A stretch of DNA of 64,000 nt. Source: Bacteroidota bacterium (GTDB lineage: Bacteria > Bacteroidota > Bacteroidia > Flavobacteriales > Flavobacteriaceae). Location: assembly GCA_018335575.1 (NCBI GenBank), contig JAGXRT010000034.1, forward strand, positions 8,040 through 72,039, in the 5' to 3' direction. How positions within the stretch are numbered: position 1 is the first letter of the stretch; each line of letters begins with the position of its first letter. The position numbers and the translations under genes were made by a program. The notes below the pieces were generated by a model that worked only from the letters and a program-made list of their open reading frames with translations, had not been told where the DNA came from and did not search any database. This document shows positions 48,805 to 57,983 of this stretch, one piece after another.

Positions 48805-49485
48805 ATGAGCGGATTTTTATCATCAACTATTGCCAGAAAAGTTGCTATGGCGCTTTCGGCATTATTCCTTATTTTCTTCTTAATTATTCATTTAGCGGTT
48901 AATTTAACTTCCTTATTTAGTGTAGATTTATTTAATAATTTATCGCATTTTATGGGAACTAACCCACTAATTCAATATGCGTTACAACCAGTATTAATTG
49001 TTGGAGTTGTATTTCATTTTGTGTTAGGATTTGTATTAGAAATTAAGAACAGAAAATCGAGAGGAGTAAAATATGTAAAGTATAATGGAGCAGCAAATGC
49101 CACTTGGATGTCCAGAAATATGGAAATTAGCGGTGGTGTTATTTTGGCATTTATTGTATTACATTTTATTGATTTTTGGTTTCCAGAAATGAACACCAAA
49201 TATGTTTTAGGCGATATGTCTGGAATGTTAGACGGAGAATATCGTTATTTTGTTGAGCTTCAACATAAGTTTGTAGAGCCTTGGAGAGTAGTAGTTTATG
49301 TACTTGCTTTTATTTTGCTATCACTTCATTTATTACACGGTTTTCAATCAGCTTTTCAATCCTTAGGAGTAAATAACAAGTATACAAGTTGTATAAAATC
49401 GTTCGGAAATTTTTATGCAATAGTTGTTCCACTTGGATTTATTATTATCGCTTTATTTCATCATTTTAGTCAATTAAACCATTAA
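48805..49485 (+). CDS. sdhC: Succinate dehydrogenase/fumarate reductase cytochrome b558 subunit
   Basis: RK..MALS, five TM helices with heme-ligand His residues, HG..SAFQSLG. Confidence 0.92.
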   Translation: MSGFLSSTIARKVAMALSALFLIFFLIIHLAVNLTSLFSVDLFNNLSHFMGTNPLIQYALQPVLIVGVVFHFVLGFVLEIKNRKSRGVKYVKYNGAANATWMSRNMEISGGVILAFIVLHFIDFWFPEMNTKYVLGDMSGMLDGEYRYFVELQHKFVEPWRVVVYVLAFILLSLHLLHGFQSAFQSLGVNNKYTSCIKSFGNFYAIVVPLGFIIIALFHHFSQLNH

Positions 49486-49497
49486 TCTTATAACATT

Positions 49498-51501
49498 ATG
49501 ACGACTTTAAATTCAAAAATTCCAAAAGGTCCAATAAAAGATAAATGGACAGATTATAAAAATAAAATCAACTTAGTAAATCCTGCCAATAAAAGGAATA
49601 TCGACATTATTATTGTAGGTACTGGCTTAGCCGGTGGCTCAGCAGCAGCAACATTGGCAGAGCAAGGATACAATGTAAAAGCATTTGCATATCAAGATTC
49701 TCCACGAAGAGCACATTCAATTGCTGCCCAAGGAGGTATCAACGCAGCGAAAAATTATATGGGTGATGGCGATTCTAATTACCGGTTATTCTATGATACC
49801 GTAAAAGGAGGTGATTACCGTTCACGCGAAGCAAATGTATACCGATTAGCTGAGGTTTCAGGAAATATTATAGACCAATGTGTTGCTCAAGGCGTACCAT
49901 TAGCGCGTGATTATGGCGGACAATTGGACAACCGTTCTTTTGGAGGAACCTTGGTTTCAAGAACCTTTTATGCAAAAGGTCAGACAGGTCAGCAGTTATT
50001 ATTGGGAGCTTATTCGGCTATGAACAGACAAATAGGACGCGGTAAAATTGAAATGTTTAACCGCCATGAAATGTTGGATGTAGTAATTGTAAATGGAAAA
50101 GCGCGTGGAATTATTGCCCGAAATTTGATTACCGGAGAAATTGAACGTCATTCAGCTCATGCTGTTGTTATAGCTTCAGGTGGTTATGGTAACGTATATT
50201 TCTTATCAACTAATGCCATGGGTTCAAATGCAACGGCAGCATGGAAATCGCACAAAAGAGGAGCCTTTTTTGCCAACCCGTGTTTTACACAAATTCACCC
50301 AACCTGTATTCCACGTTCTGGAGATTATCAATCAAAATTAACGCTGATGTCAGAATCGTTGCGAAATGATGGGCGTATTTGGGTTCCAAAAAAATTAGAA
50401 GATGCTAAAGCAATACAACAAGGTAAATTAAAACCAACAGAAATTGCAGAAGAGGATAGAGATTATTACTTAGAGCGTCGTTATCCATCCTTTGGAAACT
50501 TAGCACCTCGCGATATATCTTCACGTGCAGCCAAAGAACGTTGCGATGCAGGGTATGGGGTAAATGCTACCGGAGAAGCTGTTTATTTAGATTTTTCATC
50601 AGCCATTAAACGTTATGGTACTGAAAAGGCACGTGTTTTAGGAATTGAAAATCCATCCAAAGAGAAAATTACTGAATTAGGCGAAGCAGTTATCGAAGAA
50701 AAATACGGCAACTTGTTTTTAATGTACGAGAAAATTGTAGATGAAAATCCATATAAAACACCAATGATGATATACCCGGCAACTCACTATACTATGGGAG
50801 GTTTATGGGTTGATTATAATTTGATGACTACCGTTCCAGGATTGTATTGTATAGGAGAGGCTAATTTTTCAGATCACGGTGCTAATCGTTTAGGTGCTTC
50901 TGCACTGATGCAAGGGTTGGCCGATGGTTATTTTGTGTTACCTTATACTATAGGCGATTATTTAGCACCGGATATCAAAACAGGAAAAATCCCTACCGAT
51001 ACACCGGAATTTGATCAGGCCGAAAAAGAAATCAAAGATAAATTAGATTTCTTTATCAACAATAAAGGGACCCATTCTGTTGATTATTTCCATAAAAAAT
51101 TAGGAAAAATCATGTGGGATAAAGTGGGTATGGCACGAAATGAAAAAGGATTAAAAGAAGCCATTGTTGAAATTCAACAATTAAGAGAAGAGTTCTGGAA
51201 AGATGTAAAAGTTCCGGGCGAAATAAGCGGTATGAATACCGAACTTGAAAAAGCCATGCGTGTGGCCGATTTCCTTGAATTAGGTGAATTGTTCGCTAAA
51301 GATGCCTTAGAACGCAAAGAATCGTGTGGTGGACATTTTAGAGAAGAATATCAAACAGAAGAAGGAGAAGCGCTGCGCGACGACGTAAACTTTGCATTTG
51401 TTTCTGTTTGGGAGTATAAAGGTAAACCAAGTGATGCGGTATTACATAAAGAAGAATTAAAATTTGAAGAACTAGAACTTAAAACACGTTCGTATAAATA
51501 A
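49498..51501 (+). CDS. sdhA: Succinate dehydrogenase/fumarate reductase flavoprotein
   Basis: [15 protein letters not shown] (covalent-FAD His), QIHPT, SESLR, HYTMGG, HGANRLG, ESCGGH. Confidence 0.96.
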   Translation: MTTLNSKIPKGPIKDKWTDYKNKINLVNPANKRNIDIIIVGTGLAGGSAAATLAEQGYNVKAFAYQDSPRRAHSIAAQGGINAAKNYMGDGDSNYRLFYDTVKGGDYRSREANVYRLAEVSGNIIDQCVAQGVPLARDYGGQLDNRSFGGTLVSRTFYAKGQTGQQLLLGAYSAMNRQIGRGKIEMFNRHEMLDVVIVNGKARGIIARNLITGEIERHSAHAVVIASGGYGNVYFLSTNAMGSNATAAWKSHKRGAFFANPCFTQIHPTCIPRSGDYQSKLTLMSESLRNDGRIWVPKKLEDAKAIQQGKLKPTEIAEEDRDYYLERRYPSFGNLAPRDISSRAAKERCDAGYGVNATGEAVYLDFSSAIKRYGTEKARVLGIENPSKEKITELGEAVIEEKYGNLFLMYEKIVDENPYKTPMMIYPATHYTMGGLWVDYNLMTTVPGLYCIGEANFSDHGANRLGASALMQGLADGYFVLPYTIGDYLAPDIKTGKIPTDTPEFDQAEKEIKDKLDFFINNKGTHSVDYFHKKLGKIMWDKVGMARNEKGLKEAIVEIQQLREEFWKDVKVPGEISGMNTELEKAMRVADFLELGELFAKDALERKESCGGHFREEYQTEEGEALRDDVNFAFVSVWEYKGKPSDAVLHKEELKFEELELKTRSYK

Positions 51502-51509
51502 GACAGGTT

Positions 51510-52262
51510 ATGAATATGAATTTAACATTAAAAATATGGCGCCAAAAAAATGCTCAAGATAAGGGCAAAATGGTGGATTATAAAGTAACTGATATTTCAG
51601 AACACATGTCGTTCTTAGAAATGTTAGACGTTTTAAATGAACAATTAGTGAGTAACAATGAAGAACCTGTTGCCTTTGACCATGACTGTAGAGAAGGTAT
51701 ATGCGGAATGTGTTCATTATTTATTAACGGAGAAGCGCATGGACCTGATCGATTAATTACGACCTGTCAATTGCATATGCGTAAATTTAAAGACGGCGAT
51801 ACTATCTATATCGAACCGTGGAGAGCTAAAGCCTTTCCAGTAATCAAAGATCTTATTGTTGATCGCATGGCATTTGAACGCATACAACAAGCAGGTGGAT
51901 TTATCTCGGTTAATACATCAGGTAATACTACGGATGCTAATGCTATTTTAATTCCTAAAAAGGATGCTGATTTGTCTATGGATGCAGCTTCTTGTATTGG
52001 ATGTGGCGCTTGCGTTGCGACCTGTAAAAACTCTTCGGCTATGTTGTTCGTTGCGGCTAAAGTTTCACAATTTGCTTTGTTGCCACAAGGTAAGGTTGAG
52101 GCTGCTGATAGGGTAATGAATATGGTTCGCCAAATGGATTTGGAAGGATTTGGTAACTGTACCAATACCGCTGCTTGCGAAGTAGAATGTCCTAAAGGAA
52201 TCTCTTTAGAAAATATAGCCCGTATGAACAGAGAGTATTTATGTGCTAGTATAGCAGGATAA
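51510..52262 (+). CDS. sdhB: Succinate dehydrogenase/fumarate reductase Fe-S subunit
   Basis: CREGICGMC...[24 protein letters not shown]. Confidence 0.96.
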   Translation: MNMNLTLKIWRQKNAQDKGKMVDYKVTDISEHMSFLEMLDVLNEQLVSNNEEPVAFDHDCREGICGMCSLFINGEAHGPDRLITTCQLHMRKFKDGDTIYIEPWRAKAFPVIKDLIVDRMAFERIQQAGGFISVNTSGNTTDANAILIPKKDADLSMDAASCIGCGACVATCKNSSAMLFVAAKVSQFALLPQGKVEAADRVMNMVRQMDLEGFGNCTNTAACEVECPKGISLENIARMNREYLCASIAG

Positions 52263-52279
52263 TCAACGTTTTTTAAAAT

Positions 52280-52311
52280 AAAATCCTGGGCTTTTAAGTT
52301 CAGGATTTTTT
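52280..52311 (+). terminator. Terminator after sdhB
   Basis: AAAATCCTGGGCTT-TT-AAGTTCAGGATTTTTT stem with G-U pairs and a U-tract. Confidence 0.8.
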
Positions 52312-52339
52312 ATTTTACCTTTACTTAAAAGCATCATTT

Positions 52340-53116
52340 ATGAACAGAGAGCTCATTGTTAGTATCATTCAGGCCGATTTGGTTTGGGAAAATCCAACTG
52401 AAAACAGAAATCGTTTTGAAGCCAAGTTAAATGAAATTGCTGCAACTGATATTATTGTTTTACCAGAAATGTTTACAACCGGGTTTTCGATGAGCCCTGC
52501 TAATCTGGCCGAAAGAATGGATGGAGAGACGATTCAATGGATGAAACAAATAGCTGTTGAGAAAAATTGTTTAATAATCGGAAGTCTAATAATTCATGAA
52601 AACGGAAACTATTACAACAGGTTAATTGTTGCTTTTCCTGATGGCTTTCATAAATACTATGACAAAAAGCATTTGTTTACCTTGGCTGATGAGCATGTGT
52701 ATTATGCTGCTGGAACCAAGCAAGTAATAATTGAATACAAAGGATGGAAATTATTTCCACTTGTTTGTTACGATTTACGGTTTCCGGTATGGGCTAGAAA
52801 TACCTTTAATTATGATGTGCTCATTTATATTGCCAGCTGGCCAAAACAACGCATCAATGCCTGGGATACGCTCTTAAAAGCTCGGGCTATTGAAAACATG
52901 GCATTTACTATCGGGGTAAATAGGGTTGGAGTTGATGCCAATGGATTTGAATACTGTGGTCATTCTGCAGTTTTTGATGCCTTAGGGAATGAAATCATTA
53001 AAACCAGGCCTTATTCGGAAGATGTGAAAAGTATAAGTCTTGAAAAAGACAAATTAAAACAAGTACGCGAAAAATTACAGTTTTTAAACGACAGAGATCA
53101 ATTTGTAATTACCTAA
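52340..53116 (+). CDS. Nitrilase-superfamily amidohydrolase (YafV/omega-amidase-like)
   Basis: LPEMF (Glu), YDKKHLF (Lys), VCYDLRFP (Cys), ARAIEN. Confidence 0.9.
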   Translation: MNRELIVSIIQADLVWENPTENRNRFEAKLNEIAATDIIVLPEMFTTGFSMSPANLAERMDGETIQWMKQIAVEKNCLIIGSLIIHENGNYYNRLIVAFPDGFHKYYDKKHLFTLADEHVYYAAGTKQVIIEYKGWKLFPLVCYDLRFPVWARNTFNYDVLIYIASWPKQRINAWDTLLKARAIENMAFTIGVNRVGVDANGFEYCGHSAVFDALGNEIIKTRPYSEDVKSISLEKDKLKQVREKLQFLNDRDQFVIT

Positions 53117-53849
53117 CAGCCGATTTAACTTTATTCTCAACTGTTGAAAATAGCTCTTCAAAAGGCATAGAATTTACGGCAATAGCCTCATGAGCTTCTA
53201 CCGTAACCGTAACTCCTAAGGGTTTAAAAAAAGATTTGGGCACCGAAATTCTCCAAGCGTTGTTAATAGTTAACGGAACAATATAGGCTGAAGGCATATA
53301 CTTTACAAGCATCTTTAAACCATTTTCTTTAAATGGTTTTGGCTTGCCATCATTACTTCTGGTCCCTTCAGGAAAAATAACAGCGCTGTACTTATATTTT
53401 TCGATATACTTTCCAAAAGCAGCAATAGCAGTAATCGATTGTTTGGCGTCTTTTCTATCGATAAGTACAGATCCACCATGTGTTAAATTGTATGAAATAC
53501 CCGGAATACCTTTCCCTAGTTCAATTTTTGATACATACTTAGGATGATATGCTCTTAAAAACCATGCAATAGGAGGGATATCAAACATTCCTTGATGATT
53601 TGATACTATAATAAGTGGTACGTTTTCGGGAATGTTTCCGTGCTGCTTAAACTTAATTCGGCATCCAATAAATAACAGTGATTTTATAAGTAAAAAACTC
53701 ATGATATCAACTGTTTTTTTGTGTGTCTGATAGCCAAAAAAATTAAATGCTATTCGTTGGAAAACATCGAATAGCACTAATGATAATCCGAAGAAAATGT
53801 AATGTAATAATACCAATGGAGTTGAAAGTATTTTACTTATTAACTTCAT
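53109..53849 (-). CDS. 1-acyl-sn-glycerol-3-phosphate acyltransferase (PlsC family)
   Basis: NHQGMFD (HX4D), IDR, IFPEGTRS. Confidence 0.9.
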   Translation of the reverse strand: MKLISKILSTPLVLLHYIFFGLSLVLFDVFQRIAFNFFGYQTHKKTVDIMSFLLIKSLLFIGCRIKFKQHGNIPENVPLIIVSNHQGMFDIPPIAWFLRAYHPKYVSKIELGKGIPGISYNLTHGGSVLIDRKDAKQSITAIAAFGKYIEKYKYSAVIFPEGTRSNDGKPKPFKENGLKMLVKYMPSAYIVPLTINNAWRISVPKSFFKPLGVTVTVEAHEAIAVNSMPFEELFSTVENKVKSAVR

Positions 53850-53864
53850 GTTTTTAGTTTTTTT

Positions 53865-54296
53865 TTAATTAAACCATTGCGCCCAAGGAATTCTACTTAA
53901 AATAAAAACCAATGCTATTCCAAAATACCAAGCTAGAATTTTGAATTTTTTAACATCATCTGTTTGTTTTTTATGATTGTAAAATCCTAAAACTATTAAT
54001 GAAATGGCAAGCACCATCATTAAAGGATGCTCCATAATAAAAAAACGCAATGTTGAATCTTTCATAACTGCCTTAAAGCCCACTTGTCTCAAGGTTTCGT
54101 AATACGAGGAAAAGTAATACGATAAAAGACCCAACACTAATTGCATTTTAACTAATAGTGATGCAGTAAAAGCAATGTAATAGTCATTTTTTTTGTAAGA
54201 ATCTTTAGTGCGTAATTTTACAATTGCATTAATAAACGTAAATAAAACCAGGAGTACTACTAAATAAGAAACACCTGAATGTAATAATTTAAACAT
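53865..54296 (-). CDS. Uncharacterised 4-TM membrane protein with intramembrane His (cytochrome-b-like); start ATG 54296
   Basis: LLHSG...Q..LG...RFF.MEHP..M...IPW; the ORF-track start at 54320 falls inside a -7 box. Confidence 0.75.
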   Translation of the reverse strand: MFKLLHSGVSYLVVLLVLFTFINAIVKLRTKDSYKKNDYYIAFTASLLVKMQLVLGLLSYYFSSYYETLRQVGFKAVMKDSTLRFFIMEHPLMMVLAISLIVLGFYNHKKQTDDVKKFKILAWYFGIALVFILSRIPWAQWFN

Positions 54297-54317
54297 AAAT
54301 TTAATTTTTATAATTGC

Positions 54318-54343
54318 CAAATATACATAGAATCATTCTAAAT
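54318..54343 (-). promoter_or_regulatory. -7 element TATATTTG (54318-54325) abutting Fur-box-like ACATAGAATCATTCTAAAT (54325-54343)
   Basis: Plus-strand CAAATATA, then a 19-mer with 2 mismatches to ATTTAGAATnATTCTAAAT. Confidence 0.65.
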
Positions 54344-54373
54344 AAAAAAAGCCTCTTTTTTCAAGAGGCTTTT
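54344..54373 (-). terminator. Terminator of the Oar-like TBDT gene
   Basis: AAAAAAAGCCTCTT-loop-AAGAGGCTTTT. Confidence 0.82.
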
Positions 54374-54393
54374 AAGTGAAAACTAAAAAAAGG

Positions 54394-57300
54394 TTAGTTA
54401 AAAGAGTATCTTAATGATATCTGACCAGACCACACATTTGAAATGGATGTATTTTTGCTATAAGTTTCTTTAGCTAAAATAGTATACCCATTTTCATCTA
54501 ACTGTGTTTGCATACGATAAACAGGAATTCCATCAGAGCCTACACTTCTGTAGGTTAATAAGGTAGGAGCGGTAGCTCTTTGTGATACTCCCCAATCTTT
54601 GTTTAACATATTTCCAAAGTTTAGAATATCTGCTCTAACTTGGAATGAGTTTCTTACTCCTGCAATAGTTATATAAAAGTCCTGAATAACTGAGAAATCC
54701 ATACGGTGTAACATAGGTACATAAGATGCATTACGCTCAGCATATTGTCCTCTTCTTCCATTCAAATAAATATCCTGAGCAATAAATTTTTCTAAGGCAT
54801 CTTGTTGCAATGCAGCAGTAAACGTTGTAACAGTATTATTAGGTTGAGTAGCTGTAAATTGCTCAAATTTAATGTCAGCACCTTTAGCTGGAACAAACAA
54901 TAATTCGTTACCACTAACACCATCACCATTCATATCGCCGTTAATGGTATAAGAATATGGATTGCCTGATTGACCAACATAACCTAAAGTGAATGAGGTA
55001 GATCCCCAATTTTTTTTGCCATAGTTAATTCTATAACCTAATAAACCTACTAAGCGCTCTTTAATATTATTATCAGAAGTTGTCATATGAATATCGTTAT
55101 TATTTCCATTGATACTTCTAATACTTTGCCAAGAGGCACTTGCTGTTGAACCGGCAGATTGTACGTCCTTAGCATCAGAGAAGGTTAAAGCAAATGAACC
55201 CCACCAACCTTCTTTGGCTGGATATTCAATTTTTAAAGTGGTACTTTTATAATAACCTTCATCTGTATTGGTTAAGATAGCGGCCATAGAAACATTGTTA
55301 TTAATTCGTTGATTTGATGAACCTGATAACCAACGATGTCTATTGTCTGGGCCATTAAAACGAGTTGTAGGATCTTTTAAGTTAGCATTGTAATACGTTA
55401 CAGCGTTAATGTTTTGTCCATAGATGTATTCTAAAGTTCCAACAAATCCTTTTGGTAACTTTTGGTCAACAGCAATATTTGTTTTCCAAATTTGAGGGAA
55501 TTTATAATTAGGATCCGTCATGGCTAAATCAAATGTAGTTGGCAAGGTTGGATTTGCAGGTTTAAATACAGATGGGTCAGCAGTAAAGCCATAAGCGTTT
55601 GTTGCTGGCGCACCATTAGCATCTATAAATCCGGTTAGCACGCCATTGTTTCCAATCTGGTTGGATAAAAACACATACGGTGGTTTCCCAGTAAAGATCC
55701 CGGTACCTCCTCTAAATTGCGTACTGTTATCACCTTTAACATCATAATTGAATCCGAATCTTGGTTCGAATAAGTACTGTGTTTTAGGCATTACTCCGGT
55801 ATTCCATTTTTCCCCTCGGGTAAAAGTCAGTGCATTAACAGCTGTATTTTCTAAAGCTGTATTTTCAAAATCAATCATAGAAGCACGCAATCCAACTGTA
55901 AACTTGAATTTTTCATTTAGGTTAAACTGGTCCTGAATATAAATATCTAATTTGTTAGATTTCAATTGTTGATACGGGTCTTCACCTCCAGCAATAGCAG
56001 AATATCTGTACTGGAAACGAGCCGGAGCTAAAGTTGGATTGGTTGTTCCAATAGTTGCAGGATTATATCCACTTGTTAAAGATAAATTCGCTGCATCATA
56101 AAATTGTTGTAAGGAGTTAAAGATATATACTCCGTTTGATGCAGGAAAAAATAAGTTATTAGAGACAAATCTTTCAAAATTCACACCTCCTACGATAGTA
56201 TGTTTTCCAATATACTTAGTTAAATTATTGGTAAAATGAAGGTTAGAATAATTTAATTTATTACCTGGTGTAAAAGGGTCAAATCCAACAGAAGTATAAG
56301 TTGTTCCGTCTTTTCTAATATCTATTGTTGGGAACAATTCAGTTCTGTAACCTCTGTCTTCAATTTGTTTATCGTATCCAACAATTATATTATTGTGTAA
56401 AGTTTCGTTTATTTTACTGTTTAATTCCACAACAAAAGAGCGAGTGTTGTCTTGTTGTGTGTAACCGCTGTTTTGGAAAGACATAGCGTTAAACTGTGTT
56501 CTTCTGCTTCCTGCTCCTGCTGATGAAGAGTTGGATATTAAGAAATCAGATTCTGAATCGTGGTGTACATAACGAAGAGTCAATTTATGATTATCGTTGA
56601 TGTTCCAATCCATACGGGCTAAGAATTTTTTAGAGAATGATTCGCTATCAAATCCTTCCCACGGGCCTGTAATGTAATTAAACTTTTCTTTCATAAATTT
56701 AGAAAGCGCTTCCATATCAGAGTACAATACTCTTGACTGAATACCTGTTAATGGTGAACCCGTAGAAACCCAGTCAGTTGCTGGTTCTGTTTTGGTTAAT
56801 TCTTCTGCATTAATAAAAATGAAAAATTTATCTTTTACAATTGGTGCTCCTAATCGGAATCCTTTCATGTTTTCTTTAAAGGTAGTAGCAGTTACCGGTG
56901 TTCCAGCAGCATTGTCTCCTACGAATTTTGAAGAGTTATCTCTGTATGAGGTATAAACAGACCCTTCAATTTGGTTAGTACCACTACGCGTTACTGCATT
57001 GATTCCGGCACCAACAAAACCACTTTGTCTAACGTCAAAAGGAGCGATGTTTACTTGTAATTGCTCAATAGCATCAATAGAAATTGAAGTACTTCCCGTT
57101 CTTCCACCGGCTTGTGAATCACCTCCTAAGCCAAATCCGTTGTTTAAAATAGAACCGTCAACGGTAAAGTTGTTCAAACGAGAGTCTTGAGCACCAAAAG
57201 AACGACCATCACCTTGAGGGTTGTATTTGGTAATCGCAGCCATAGTACGAGCACCTGTAATTGGAATAGACTGTACTTCGCGTTTTGAGAATTGCTGAGC

Positions 57301-57702
57301 AGCTCCGGTACGGTCTTGGTTAAATGTACCTGCCTGAGTAGTTATTACAACTTCTTTTAAACTAGTTACATCATCACTAAGAACAGCATTAACAGCTGTT
57401 GAAGCTCCTAAAGAAGTATAAACATCTTTAGCTTCAAACGTAGTAAAGCCTACATACGAAATTTGTACAGAAAATGGACCTCCAGGTCTAACGGCAGGGA
57501 TATTGTAATAACCGTTAGCGTTGGTAATAGAGAAATATTTCGTTCCCGATGGCATGTGCGTAATAGCAACGTTTGCCCCTATAACCGTTTCTCCTCCAGA
57601 GTCTTTAACAACTCCGTAAATAGTAGAAGTTGTAGTTTGTGCCATACTCAATGTAGAAATAAAGAGCATAAATAGCACAGCAAGTTGAGTAATTTTTTTC
57701 AT
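54394..57702 (-). CDS. TonB-dependent outer-membrane transporter, Oar-like, with N-terminal carboxypeptidase-regulatory-like domain
   Basis: Signal peptide, GGPF.V.ISYVG, plug NNFTVDG...IDAIEQ.QV...GAGINAVTRSGTN, PRFGFNYD, terminal LRYSFN. Confidence 0.88.
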   Translation of the reverse strand: MKKITQLAVLFMLFISTLSMAQTTTSTIYGVVKDSGGETVIGANVAITHMPSGTKYFSITNANGYYNIPAVRPGGPFSVQISYVGFTTFEAKDVYTSLGASTAVNAVLSDDVTSLKEVVITTQAGTFNQDRTGAAQQFSKREVQSIPITGARTMAAITKYNPQGDGRSFGAQDSRLNNFTVDGSILNNGFGLGGDSQAGGRTGSTSISIDAIEQLQVNIAPFDVRQSGFVGAGINAVTRSGTNQIEGSVYTSYRDNSSKFVGDNAAGTPVTATTFKENMKGFRLGAPIVKDKFFIFINAEELTKTEPATDWVSTGSPLTGIQSRVLYSDMEALSKFMKEKFNYITGPWEGFDSESFSKKFLARMDWNINDNHKLTLRYVHHDSESDFLISNSSSAGAGSRRTQFNAMSFQNSGYTQQDNTRSFVVELNSKINETLHNNIIVGYDKQIEDRGYRTELFPTIDIRKDGTTYTSVGFDPFTPGNKLNYSNLHFTNNLTKYIGKHTIVGGVNFERFVSNNLFFPASNGVYIFNSLQQFYDAANLSLTSGYNPATIGTTNPTLAPARFQYRYSAIAGGEDPYQQLKSNKLDIYIQDQFNLNEKFKFTVGLRASMIDFENTALENTAVNALTFTRGEKWNTGVMPKTQYLFEPRFGFNYDVKGDNSTQFRGGTGIFTGKPPYVFLSNQIGNNGVLTGFIDANGAPATNAYGFTADPSVFKPANPTLPTTFDLAMTDPNYKFPQIWKTNIAVDQKLPKGFVGTLEYIYGQNINAVTYYNANLKDPTTRFNGPDNRHRWLSGSSNQRINNNVSMAAILTNTDEGYYKSTTLKIEYPAKEGWWGSFALTFSDAKDVQSAGSTASASWQSIRSINGNNNDIHMTTSDNNIKERLVGLLGYRINYGKKNWGSTSFTLGYVGQSGNPYSYTINGDMNGDGVSGNELLFVPAKGADIKFEQFTATQPNNTVTTFTAALQQDALEKFIAQDIYLNGRRGQYAERNASYVPMLHRMDFSVIQDFYITIAGVRNSFQVRADILNFGNMLNKDWGVSQRATAPTLLTYRSVGSDGIPVYRMQTQLDENGYTILAKETYSKNTSISNVWSGQISLRYSFN

Positions 57703-57771
57703 TTAGTTATCGATTTTTTTCGTGTTGAAACTTGATTTTTAGGAGTCTAATTTCAACATTGTTAATTATCG

Positions 57772-57779
57772 CAAATATA
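57772..57779 (-). promoter_or_regulatory. -7 element TATATTTG of the Oar-like TBDT
   Basis: Plus-strand CAAATATA, 69 nt upstream of the ATG. Confidence 0.65.
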
Positions 57780-57935
57780 TATATTTGTCTAAATGGGCAA
57801 TCTGCTAGATTTCAATATTATCAACATATTTTTTAACAAATATGCAAATTTAACATTATTTTAAGAAATATATTTCATTGAGATGGGGTTCTGAATTATG
57901 AATCTCTAAATTCATTGTTTTTGTGTGAGTTGCAT

Positions 57936-57962
57936 AAAAAAACCTCTCTAGTTGAGAGGTTT
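57936..57962 (-). terminator. Terminator of the 902-aa TBDT gene
   Basis: AAAAAAACCTCTC-TAGTT-GAGAGGTTT. Confidence 0.8.
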
Positions 57963-57983
57963 CTTTTATACATAAAATGATGA

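Noticed and set aside
57867..57935. GAGAT...ATCTC weak hairpin or cobalamin riboswitch upstream of the Oar-like TBDT
   Set aside because: No B12-box or GGGAA core is seen, the stem is only about 5 bp, and it lies upstream of the predicted promoter.
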